A stretch of DNA of 64,000 nt from Bacillota bacterium (GTDB lineage: Bacteria; Bacillota; Clostridia; Peptostreptococcales; Anaerovoracaceae): contig JAUNDC010000009.1 in NCBI GenBank assembly GCA_030526355.1, positions 1,226 to 65,225 on the forward strand. Reading direction: 5' to 3'. Within the stretch, counting starts at the first letter, position 1. Every line of letters starts with the position of its first letter. A program made the position numbers and the translations under genes. Under the pieces are notes generated by a model. It was not told the DNA's origin, searched no databases, and saw only the letters and a list, made by a program, of their open reading frames with translations. Below are positions 17,921-26,419 of the stretch, piece by piece.

Positions 17921-19147
17921 TTAGCAACTTTTTTCCAACTCTCTGACGCTTTTTGTAAAATACAAAGCAAGCGCCGATACCACCAGCAGAATCCCCGACA
18001 CCATAATCAGGGCACCACAGCTGCGGCCTACACTCAGCCCGCTCAATCGGGCAATCACATCTGCAAAGACTCCTGAAAGGCCATATGATACTACATAACC
18101 CAGCTGGCTGATAAAACCTATCACTCCCCACGCTCTTCCCTGAAGTTCATTTGCAATATTGGTTCTTACCAGGTAATCCAGACCACTGTTAGCAACAGGA
18201 ATCATAGCAAAGAACATAAACCCGAATACACCGATTGTCAGCAGGTTTTCCTTAGCTCCAAATCCGGACATGCAGACTCCTGCAAAGCACAGAGAAAGAC
18301 TCAATGCTTTCACGATTCCTTTTTTCATGCCCTTTGCCCCGAGAATGACACTGGTAACAAGCATTCCGGCCGCACAAATGGTTTCAACAATCCCGAGAGT
18401 CCTGCTGCTCTCAAAATCCAGAACCATCGGCTCAGAGAGAATCTGCATCACACCCATACAGAAGGTCATAACCGCCGCCATTACAACCAGAGTCAGAATT
18501 CCTCTGTTTCCTGCTACAGCATTCCACCCACATTTCAGGTCGTCAGCAAATGATGTTACGGACTTTGTCTGATTCCTTTCGAGTCCATTGCGTACCACTG
18601 CGGTAGTTGAAACTGTCAGGAAAAAAGTACATATATCTATAACCAATAACAGTTTAATATCAGTTACGGCAAGAAGAAGACCTGCAATCAACGGAGAAAT
18701 CAGATATCTTGCACTGCCGGCTATACTCACAAGCCCGCTCGCTTTTACATACTCCTCCTTCGACAGCTGATCCGATGCAGTGGCTTTATAGGCTGGCTCC
18801 ATCAGCGATGAAAAACCAGAACTTATTGTTACACCCAGGCATATCTGCCACAGCTCTGCACCGCCATTCTGCATGGATATAAAAATATAAACAATTCCTA
18901 CAGCGGACAGACCGTCCCCAAGCATCATCAGAAGTCTGCGGTCAAAGCGATCTGCCAGCACGCCTGCGGGAATCCCCAGCAGCAGGTTCGGCATAAAAGC
19001 AAGGAAAGCTATTAATGCAGTGCTTGCTGCACTGCCTGTTTCTCTGAATGCATATACTGTAAGCCCAAAACTTGTCAGCCCTCCACCAATGGAGGAAACC
19101 AGCTCGCCTGCCCACAGCAGGAGAAATCTTTGAAATCCTTTAGTCAT
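17921..19147 (-). CDS. MFS transporter (drug-efflux-like)
   Basis: 12-TM profile, LWAGELVSSIGGGLTSFGL and GVLADRFDRRLLM loop motifs. Confidence 0.8.
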   Translation of the reverse strand: MTKGFQRFLLLWAGELVSSIGGGLTSFGLTVYAFRETGSAASTALIAFLAFMPNLLLGIPAGVLADRFDRRLLMMLGDGLSAVGIVYIFISMQNGGAELWQICLGVTISSGFSSLMEPAYKATASDQLSKEEYVKASGLVSIAGSARYLISPLIAGLLLAVTDIKLLLVIDICTFFLTVSTTAVVRNGLERNQTKSVTSFADDLKCGWNAVAGNRGILTLVVMAAVMTFCMGVMQILSEPMVLDFESSRTLGIVETICAAGMLVTSVILGAKGMKKGIVKALSLSLCFAGVCMSGFGAKENLLTIGVFGFMFFAMIPVANSGLDYLVRTNIANELQGRAWGVIGFISQLGYVVSYGLSGVFADVIARLSGLSVGRSCGALIMVSGILLVVSALALYFTKSVRELEKSC

Positions 19148-19281
19148 AATGTTCCACTCCTTATTGATTCTGCATTATTATTGTATAAAATTCCGTTTCT
19201 CCATGATAGACAGTTTTTGCAGTTAAATGTGTCATTTCTTGAGGGGTTCGTCTTAGCTAAGAATTGAATAATTAGGTTTGG

Positions 19282-19590
19282 CTGCACCAGGAGGCATCAG
19301 GATAATGATTTTCGACGTGTTTAACATTTCTGAGCATAGGCACGTCGAAAAACAACATCAGAGCCAAAGAAAATGAATATATTTTCGACGTGACATAGCT
19401 GATTTTACCTCGACACGTCGAAAACAACAGCACAGTTACTGCACCAGGAGGCATCAGGATGATAATTTTCGACGTGTTTAACATTTCTGGGCATAGGCAC
19501 GTCGAAAAACAACATCAGAGCCAAAGAAAACGAATATATTTTCGACGTGACATAGCTGATTTTACCTCAACACGTCGAAAAAACAATTGT
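19282..19590. repeat. Hairpin array, family A (4 units; a 157-bp segment duplicated in tandem)
   Basis: TTTTCGACGTG at 19309, 19382, 19466 and 19539, each paired with CACGTCGAAAA exactly 32 nt downstream (21-nt loops). Unit spacing is 73, 84 and 73 bp. Segments 19282-19438 and 19439-19590 are near-identical. Confidence 0.9.
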
Positions 19591-19659
19591 AATTACTATA
19601 CAGAACAGAAGCATTAGGTTATCCGAATTGAAATCATTAGGTTTGTCCAAATTGAACCA

Positions 19660-19688
19660 TTGACTTATAAATTTCATCGTGCTATCAT
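19660..19688 (+). promoter_or_regulatory. Candidate sigma-70-type promoter of scfA
   Basis: TTGACT (19660-19665), a 17-nt spacer, then TATCAT (19683-19688). GGAGAGG SD at 19720-19726. Confidence 0.4.
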
Positions 19689-19731
19689 TTAAGTTGTGAA
19701 TTTAACAAAACTAAAATATGGAGAGGTTATC

Positions 19732-19878
19732 ATGGAAAGAATCAAGACACTCGATACTCGTAACTTATGTGAAAGTTCTAAAAATGGTGGCTGCGGCGAA
19801 TGCCAGACTTCATGTCAGTCAGCTTGCAAAACAAGCTGCGGTGTAGCAAACCAGCCATGTGAAAAGACAGAAGAATAA
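19732..19878 (+). CDS. scfA: SCIFF (six-cysteines-in-forty-five) ranthipeptide precursor
   Basis: MERIKTLDTRNL..GGCGECQTSCQSACKTSCGVANQPCE, the hallmark GGCGECQTSCQSACKTSC core. 48 aa with an SD 5 nt upstream. Confidence 0.9.
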   Translation: MERIKTLDTRNLCESSKNGGCGECQTSCQSACKTSCGVANQPCEKTEE

Positions 19879-19995
19879 TCGGTTATGAGAATGCTGCCCA
19901 ACGGCAGCATTTTTAATGTATAATAAATGCGTCCGGTCCTGCAAAGCACACTGCCCGAACCGGGCGCCAAAATCAGATTCGGAGGATAATCAATA

Positions 19996-21372
19996 ATGGT
20001 TCATCAGTATAAATTAAACGGATACAACATCGTGCTGGACACATGCTCCGGCTCTATTCATGTAGTGGATGAAGTCGCTTACGACATTATCGAAATGTTC
20101 AACAGCAAGTCTGCAGACGAAATCGTATCGGAAATGCTCACAAAATACGCCAATCACGGCGATGTGACCGAAGAGGAGCTCAGGCTCTGCATAGAAGATG
20201 TTCAATCTCTCATCGATGCCGGAAAGCTCTACTCAGAGGATACCTTCGCAGACGCTGCAGGCGTTTTCAAGGAACGCTCAGGAAACATCATCAAAGCACT
20301 CTGTCTCCACGTTTCACACACCTGCAATCTCAACTGTTCCTACTGCTTTGCAAGTCAGGGAAAATACCACGGGGATCAGGCCCTCATGAGCCTTGAGGTC
20401 GGAAAACGCGCGCTAGACTTTCTCATCGAGAATTCAGGCAGCCGCAGGAATCTGGAGGTGGATTTCTTCGGCGGCGAACCGCTTATGAACTGGGATGTCG
20501 TAAAGGAGCTTGTGGCATATGCCAGAGAGCAGGAAAAGGCACACGATAAGAATTTCAGATTTACGCTGACAACAAACGGAGTTCTGATCGATGATGATGT
20601 TATCGATTTTGCCAACCGTGAAATGAGCAACGTCGTCCTCAGCCTGGACGGAAGAAAGGAAATCCATGACCTTACCCGCGTGGACTTCGCCGGAAACGGC
20701 AGCTATGACAAAGTAGTTCCTAAATTCAAAGAGATAGTTGAGGCCCGCGGTGGCAAGAATTATTACATGCGCGGCACTTTTACACACGCCAACCCTGATT
20801 TCACAAAAGATGTCTTCCATATGGCAGAGCTTGGTTTCACAGAGCTCAGCATGGAACCTGTCGTATGTGCACCTGACGACCCATCGGCACTGACTCCTGA
20901 AGATATTGAAATAGTCAAGGATCAGTATGAAATACTGGCTAAGGAGATGATAAAACGCCGCAAAGAAGGCAACCCGTTCACTTTCTATCACTATATGATC
21001 GACCTGACAAACGGACCATGCATCTACAAGAGAATTTCCGGATGTGGCTCCGGCACCGAGTACATGGCAGTAACTCCGTGGGGCGATCTGTATCCGTGTC
21101 ATCAGTTTGTGGGCGAGGAAAAGTACAAGCTGGGTGATGTGTGGAACGGTGTGACGAACGACGATATTCGTGAAGAATTCCGCAGCTGCAATGCGTACTC
21201 AAGGCCTGACTGTAAGGACTGCTGGGCGAAGCTTTACTGCTCCGGCGGCTGCGCGGCCAACGCTTATCATGCCAGCGGCTCCATTAAAGGCATTTATGAA
21301 CCAGGCTGTGAGCTTTTCAGAAAGCGTATGGAATGTGCTATTATGATTAAAGCGGCTGAGGCTGAAATGTAA
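19996..21372 (+). CDS. scfB: SCIFF radical-SAM/SPASM thioether maturase
   Basis: CNLNCSYCF radical-SAM cluster motif and a C-terminal Cys-rich SPASM region (CGSG..C..CxxCWAKLYCSGGC). Immediately downstream of scfA. Confidence 0.9.
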   Translation: MVHQYKLNGYNIVLDTCSGSIHVVDEVAYDIIEMFNSKSADEIVSEMLTKYANHGDVTEEELRLCIEDVQSLIDAGKLYSEDTFADAAGVFKERSGNIIKALCLHVSHTCNLNCSYCFASQGKYHGDQALMSLEVGKRALDFLIENSGSRRNLEVDFFGGEPLMNWDVVKELVAYAREQEKAHDKNFRFTLTTNGVLIDDDVIDFANREMSNVVLSLDGRKEIHDLTRVDFAGNGSYDKVVPKFKEIVEARGGKNYYMRGTFTHANPDFTKDVFHMAELGFTELSMEPVVCAPDDPSALTPEDIEIVKDQYEILAKEMIKRRKEGNPFTFYHYMIDLTNGPCIYKRISGCGSGTEYMAVTPWGDLYPCHQFVGEEKYKLGDVWNGVTNDDIREEFRSCNAYSRPDCKDCWAKLYCSGGCAANAYHASGSIKGIYEPGCELFRKRMECAIMIKAAEAEM

Positions 21373-21393
21373 TACCGTCAATTCTGGATAATT

Positions 21394-21442
21394 AAAAAGA
21401 GCGGTGCGCTGTTCACGTTATAGCCAGTGCGCTGCTCTTTCT
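21394..21442. terminator. Bidirectional intrinsic terminator (long loop)
   Basis: AAAAAGAGCGGTGCGCT (21394-21410) pairs with AGTGCGCTGCTCTTTCT (21426-21442), including G-U pairs, around a 15-nt loop. It lies between convergent scfB and the HD gene. Confidence 0.5.
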
Positions 21443-21455
21443 TATCATGTTCTCC

Positions 21456-22049
21456 CTATTTCCTGATACGGCCTTTTGCCACATTTGGGGTTATGAAGTT
21501 CTCAAGGGAGTAATCCCAAAGGGCTTTCGAGCCTTCTGCGGTGATCTCGTTTCGTTTCAGGATTTTCTCAAGCTTCACACCGCGCTCGCTCCAGCGTCTG
21601 CCATCGGTTGCCGCATTGAGCATTACAGGCTGGAAGTTGTCAAGAGTATGTGCGAATTTTGATTCTGCAGTTTCTCTGGCTTCAAATTCTTCCCACAGAC
21701 GCTTCATCTCCCGAGCTTGATCTTCGGGCAAAATCCCGAATATCCTGTCAGCGGCACGCTTCTCACGTTCACCTTGAGTCGCCTGTGCCGCTTCATCATA
21801 CGCATAGGCATCCCCCGCATCAATTTCCACGATATCATGAATCAGCAGCATCGTGACCACCTTAAGAATATCTATTTCTTCACTGGTATATTCCATCAGA
21901 ATAATTGCCATCAGTGCAGCGTGCCATGAGTGCTCTGCATCGTTTTCCATACGGACTGCCCCCGTCACATACGTTTCCCTCTCGATAAATTTTTCCTTAT
22001 CTATTTCCCGGCAGAAATCCACCTGCCTGTCAAGACGTTCGTTTTTCAT
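21456..22049 (-). CDS. HD-domain phosphohydrolase (YfbR-like)
   Basis: ENDAEHSWHAALMAII and LLIHDIVEIDAGD (H..HD..D signature). The start was set at MKNERLD (GGAGG plus 6 nt). Confidence 0.75.
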   Translation of the reverse strand: MKNERLDRQVDFCREIDKEKFIERETYVTGAVRMENDAEHSWHAALMAIILMEYTSEEIDILKVVTMLLIHDIVEIDAGDAYAYDEAAQATQGEREKRAADRIFGILPEDQAREMKRLWEEFEARETAESKFAHTLDNFQPVMLNAATDGRRWSERGVKLEKILKRNEITAEGSKALWDYSLENFITPNVAKGRIRK

Positions 22050-22184
22050 GTCAAGCCTCCGGTGAGTTATCCCCATACGCCTACTGCGTGAGTTTTACAA
22101 AATTATGCCTTCATGTTAAACTATTGGCAGATTTAAGTCAATGCAGCGTTCTTTTAGAGCTTGACATTATAGAAAGGAATTCAA

Positions 22185-23498
22185 ATGGATCTTTTAATTG
22201 CTTTCATTTTGTTCATGGCGGTGATGCTTGCCGCTCTTATAAAAGGTTTTACTATGGTTATTGCTCTGCTTGTGGGGCTGATTGCCTTCACAGCTGTCGG
22301 CCTTAAACGCGGCTTCGGCTTCAGGGAGCTTTGCCGGATGGGCGCCGGCGGAGCCCGTGACTCTCTTATTGTCATTGAGGTCATGTTTGTCATCGGTTTC
22401 CTTACCGCAATATGGCGTGTATCGGGCACTATCACTATCTTCGTTTATTACGGCATCAGAATCATTACGCCGCCGTTATTCCTAATTATTGCGTTTCTGC
22501 TTTCATGTCTGCTCAGCTATGCCCTTGGCACATCTTTTGGAGTTGCGGGGACAGTAGGGGTTATTTTCATGACTCTGGCAAGGAGCGGCGGTGTCAATCC
22601 TGTGCTTACAGCGGGTGTGCTGATGTCGGGAATTTATTTCGGTGACCGCTGTTCTCCGGTTTCCTCCAGCGCCAACATGGTAGCCGCTGTAACCAATACA
22701 AAAATATTTGATAATGTTAAAATGATGATGCGCACGGGCCTCCTGCCTCTGATAATATGTACTGCTGTTTATATTGTGGTATCTGTGCTGAATCCAATCA
22801 CTCATGTGGACAGCGAGCTCCTCGCTGCCTTTGAAAGTGAGTTCAAGCTTTCTCTGTGGGCTTTCGTGCCTGCTGTTCTGATGCTTCTGCTGCCTCTTCT
22901 CAAGGTAAGCGTTCTGATTTCCATGGCTGCAAGTATCGTCAGCGGCATCCTGGTAGCATGGCTTGTCCAGGGAGTTTCTCTGCTGGAAGTGTTGCGTATC
23001 TGCATTCTGGGATATGAGTCCGAGGGCGGAGGTCTGGGAACACTGCTCAATGGCGGCGGGCTTGTTTCAATGCTGGAAATCGTTGTTATTCTGCTGATTT
23101 CATGTACATATTCGGGAATTTTCAATGGAACCGGGATGCTGGAAACTCTTCAGACCAGAATAAGCCAAGGCTGCAGTAAAATCGGGCGATATTCGATGAT
23201 GCTTCTGCTGAGCTTCGGGTCAGCGGCTGTTTTCTGCAATCAGACTATTGCCACTCTGATGTGTTCTGATCTGCTCTCAAAGCCATATGAAGATGCCGAT
23301 GCTTCCAGACAGGAGCTTGCCATCGATATGGAAAATTCAGTTATCCTGATCGCATGCTTCATTCCGTGGAGCATAGGCTGTTCTGTACCGCTGTCATTCT
23401 TCGGAATGGATTATCATGCACTTCCGTATGCAGTCTACATGTATACGCTGCCGATCTGCTACTGGCTCAGCAAGAAGCGTTGGTATGGGGAGCGATAA
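22185..23498 (+). CDS. NhaC-family Na+/H+ antiporter-like membrane protein
   Basis: Polytopic ~12-TM protein that resembles the NhaC family overall. No catalytic motif can be checked by eye. Confidence 0.6.
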   Translation: MDLLIAFILFMAVMLAALIKGFTMVIALLVGLIAFTAVGLKRGFGFRELCRMGAGGARDSLIVIEVMFVIGFLTAIWRVSGTITIFVYYGIRIITPPLFLIIAFLLSCLLSYALGTSFGVAGTVGVIFMTLARSGGVNPVLTAGVLMSGIYFGDRCSPVSSSANMVAAVTNTKIFDNVKMMMRTGLLPLIICTAVYIVVSVLNPITHVDSELLAAFESEFKLSLWAFVPAVLMLLLPLLKVSVLISMAASIVSGILVAWLVQGVSLLEVLRICILGYESEGGGLGTLLNGGGLVSMLEIVVILLISCTYSGIFNGTGMLETLQTRISQGCSKIGRYSMMLLLSFGSAAVFCNQTIATLMCSDLLSKPYEDADASRQELAIDMENSVILIACFIPWSIGCSVPLSFFGMDYHALPYAVYMYTLPICYWLSKKRWYGER

Positions 23499-23555
23499 CC
23501 CCTCATCCTTGTTGTTCCGATGAAAGTATCTGTTTCAATATGCTCAGACGCGCCA

Positions 23556-24187
23556 TTTCATCGGTAGATTGATGTAAATTAAGCGGTTACCGATGATATA
23601 GCAAACGTAGATAGATCACGAGCAGAAATATCATCGGTAAATAGGCATTTCAGAAGTGGTTACCGATGAAACCATTGTCATGGAGAACGTGATGGATTGC
23701 TGTTTCATCGGTAAATTGGTGCTTAAAAGGAGTTCCCCGATGAAAACAACTCCTGCCTAAGGTTCTGAAGCATTTTTTCATCGACAGATTTGTGTTTGGA
23801 GATCAGTTACCGATGACAATAGCCTTTCCGAGAAGCTTCGCTAACAAAATGTCATCGGAGAATTGGTGCACGAAGGGAGATTGCCGATGAAATCGGCGGC
23901 TCAGCAAACTTCAAAAGCAAAATTTCATCGGCAGATTGGTGCATGAAGAGCAGTTGCCGATGAAACCCACAGATTGCTGAATCTCAAACGCGCCGTTTCA
24001 TCGGAGAATTTATATTAGAGGCAGAGTTGCCGATGAAGTCAGCTGTTCTGCAATATTCAAAAAAATGAATTTCATCGGTAGATCTGTATTCGAGGAGCGG
24101 TTACCGATGACAACAGCCTTTCCGAGAAGCTTCGCTAACAAAATGTCATCGGTAGATTGATGTTTAGAGGCAGTTTACCGATGAAAA
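23556..24187 (+). repeat. Hairpin array, family B (9 units on a 73/74-bp lattice)
   Basis: TCATCGG at 23558, 23631, 23705, 23778 (TCATCGA), 23852, 23925, 23998, 24072 and 24146. CCGATGA lies exactly 32 nt after each. Loops share only the partial consensus ATTGGTG..AGRGGCAG. Spacers of 30-31 nt are unique except 23815-23850 ~ 24109-24144. No ORF of 60 aa or more. Confidence 0.95.
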
Positions 24188-24216
24188 TAACTCCAACTTA
24201 AAGCTCCGAAACAACA

Positions 24217-24306
24217 CCCTTCAATTCCGCCAACTCAGCTAATTCCACCAAATTAACCAATCCCTCCAAATCAATCAATCCCGCCAACTCAGCCGATTCC
24301 GCCAAA
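24217..24306 (-). repeat. 18-bp tandem repeat x5 seeded on the last codons and stop of the transporter CDS
   Basis: Minus-strand units: TTTGGCGGAATCGGCTGA / GTTGGCGGGATTGATTGA / TTTGGAGGGATTGGTTAA / TTTGGTGGAATTAGCTGA / GTTGGCGGAATTGAAGGG. The first unit is the real C-terminus FGGIG*. Confidence 0.9.
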
Positions 24307-25626
24307 AAACGCCCCAGCCACAAGCGCAATAAGCGCCAGCGGAACAAATACAAACCTTCCAAGCGTTACAAACCACGAACCTATCGGCTTGTCAGCGCCT
24401 TCATTAACAGCCTTTTCAGCGTAATCCTTACCTGCAACATAGAAGAACATAATGCCTGCCAGCATTGCACCTAGCGGACACACATAAATCGAAACAGCAT
24501 CCATCCAGCCTGATACAATCGCCTGTATCAGAAGAGCTACAACACAGCCTGCAGCCGCAATCACCAGAACTGCCCGAATCCGCTTCATGTGCAGCTTTTC
24601 CTGAAGTGCTGCAACCGGCACCTCATAAAGATTCATCAGCGAGGTTATTCCCGCCAGCATCACGCACACATAGAATATAATTCCTACCACCGTTCCACCA
24701 GGCATCCCGTTAAACACATTTACAAGATAAATAAACATCAGCCCTGGTCCCGCAGTGTCAAGCGCCGCTCCGCCAACTGCCATCGACGGCACAATAACCA
24801 ATGTCGCCAGCATTGACGCAATAGTATCAAACACAGCGATATTGCGTGCAGACTTGATGAGATTTTCGTTTTTTCCAAGGTATGAACCGTAGATAACAGT
24901 TCCGTTGCCCGCTATGGAAAGCGAGAAAAAAGCCTGACCGAAAGCGAATACCCAAAGCTCCGGTTTAAGCAGCCCTGAAGGTTCGAGTGTAAAGATGTAC
25001 TTGTACCCTTCGTTTGAGCCAGGCAGCGTCATAATGTATATGCCCAGAATCACAAAAAGACAAAAAAGTGCCGGCATCATAATCTTGTTTACTTTTTCGA
25101 TACCTCCGGCAATTCCGAATATCATTATCAGACCCACAGCAGCAACCGCTATGATAAGCCACATGTTATTGCCCCATGCCGATGCCGTCTGTCCGAACAT
25201 TCCTCCAATAACATCCATATCCTGTCCCATGTCGGCAATACCGCCAGTCAGGGCCATGAAGGTGTATTTAAAAATCCAACCCACGACTACTGTGTAGCCT
25301 ATGGCAAGGCAGAGCGCTCCAATTACCGGAACAGCTCCAATCCACTGCCCGAACCTGCTGCCGGTTCTGATTTCAGTACATTTTCCAAAAGCTCCGATAG
25401 GTCCGGATCCCGTCGAACGCCCAAGGGCGATTTCTTCAATGACCCCGGTTGCCCCGATAAGAATAACAAAAATAAAATACGGTATCAGGAAAGTCAGACC
25501 TCCCCATTCAGACACCATATACGGAAATCTCCAGATGTTCCCCATACCCACAGCAGAGCCGACACATGCCAGCGTGAAACCCCAGCGGCTTTTGAAGCCA
25601 TCACGGGCTTGTTCCTGATTTTTCAT
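24289..25626 (-). CDS. Sodium-dependent transporter, NSS/SNF family
   Basis: WGFTLACVGSAVGMGNIWRFPY hallmark and 11-12 TM. The start was set at MKNQEQ (GAGGAG plus 6 nt). Confidence 0.85.
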   Translation of the reverse strand: MKNQEQARDGFKSRWGFTLACVGSAVGMGNIWRFPYMVSEWGGLTFLIPYFIFVILIGATGVIEEIALGRSTGSGPIGAFGKCTEIRTGSRFGQWIGAVPVIGALCLAIGYTVVVGWIFKYTFMALTGGIADMGQDMDVIGGMFGQTASAWGNNMWLIIAVAAVGLIMIFGIAGGIEKVNKIMMPALFCLFVILGIYIMTLPGSNEGYKYIFTLEPSGLLKPELWVFAFGQAFFSLSIAGNGTVIYGSYLGKNENLIKSARNIAVFDTIASMLATLVIVPSMAVGGAALDTAGPGLMFIYLVNVFNGMPGGTVVGIIFYVCVMLAGITSLMNLYEVPVAALQEKLHMKRIRAVLVIAAAGCVVALLIQAIVSGWMDAVSIYVCPLGAMLAGIMFFYVAGKDYAEKAVNEGADKPIGSWFVTLGRFVFVPLALIALVAGAFFGGIG

Positions 25627-25711
25627 AATAATCTCCTCAAATAAATGTGGAATATCGCAGCACCGATATCCTTTCAAATTGCGCTGCCTCCTCAGCAGCG
25701 GCAGTCTTTAT

Positions 25712-25740
25712 ATATTACTATAAAGGAGCAGTCCTTTCAA
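25712..25740 (-). promoter_or_regulatory. Candidate promoter of the NSS transporter gene
   Basis: Minus strand: TTGAAA (25740-25735), a 17-nt spacer, then TAATAT (25717-25712). Confidence 0.35.
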
Positions 25741-25795
25741 GCTGCAAAAGGCACGCGGGTCGGTCGGTGTTAAGATTCTGCAAAAGGCACACGGG

Positions 25796-26290
25796 TCAGT
25801 CGGTTATTCCGTTCTTTACCAGCTCAATCGCTTCTTTGCCTGTCATATGTTCAATATCTATCTGCACCATGCGCACCGCATCAAAAGAGCCATCGATTTC
25901 ATCGGCTATACCTTCTTTGAAATCTGGCGAATATTTGAGTGCCAGCTTTTCCAGAGCTGATCTTTTGGCCTCTGCCTCCTCAATCACGTGAGCTCTGCCA
26001 AAAATTATTACACTGCGAAAATATGTAGTGTACTTTTCCTGAACAATCTGATCCTTGTCAATAACGCTGAATGATACCTTTTCTTCATTTCTTATTGCAT
26101 CCAGTTTATGCCCTTCTGATGCACAGTGAAAGTAGATTTTACCATCATCATAAACATAACTGAGCGGCACTGAATAAGGATACCCTCCATCCCCAATAAC
26201 AGCCAGGGTGCCGGCAGTACACCTTTTCAGCACTTCTACGGTTCTTTCTTCTGTTAATTCCTGTTTTTTTCGTCTCATTTCTCTAAACAT
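25796..26290 (-). CDS. Pyridoxamine 5'-phosphate oxidase-family flavoprotein (Nim-like)
   Basis: MRRKKQELTEERTVEVLKRCTAGTLAVIGDGGYPYSVPLSYVYDDGKIYFHCA is typical of the split-barrel FMN family. AAGGAGG SD. Confidence 0.75.
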   Translation of the reverse strand: MFREMRRKKQELTEERTVEVLKRCTAGTLAVIGDGGYPYSVPLSYVYDDGKIYFHCASEGHKLDAIRNEEKVSFSVIDKDQIVQEKYTTYFRSVIIFGRAHVIEEAEAKRSALEKLALKYSPDFKEGIADEIDGSFDAVRMVQIDIEHMTGKEAIELVKNGITD

Positions 26291-26419
26291 TTCTTGTCCT
26301 CCTTGTTACAAACTTATAAACGAGAGTTATACTGGCTCCTTCGGATTGAGACCCATCACAATCCGTCCCATTTCAAAACAACAATCCCACGGAACATAAT
26401 CGTCCGGCTAAAATCCAAC

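Noticed and set aside
19272-19484. 70-aa ORF on the minus strand inside the family-A array
   Set aside because: The ORF is open only because of the repeat. Its sequence is internally repetitive and hydrophobic/low-complexity, and it has no SD. It is most likely a by-product of the 157-bp duplication.
23556-24187. Family-B array as a CRISPR array
   Set aside because: The period and the repeat-plus-spacer layout fit CRISPR. However, the repeats are conserved only in their arms, with centres 40-60 percent variable. One spacer is duplicated and no cas gene is in the window. The same lattice is also used by two unrelated arm families. I keep it as an unexplained repeat array rather than calling it CRISPR.
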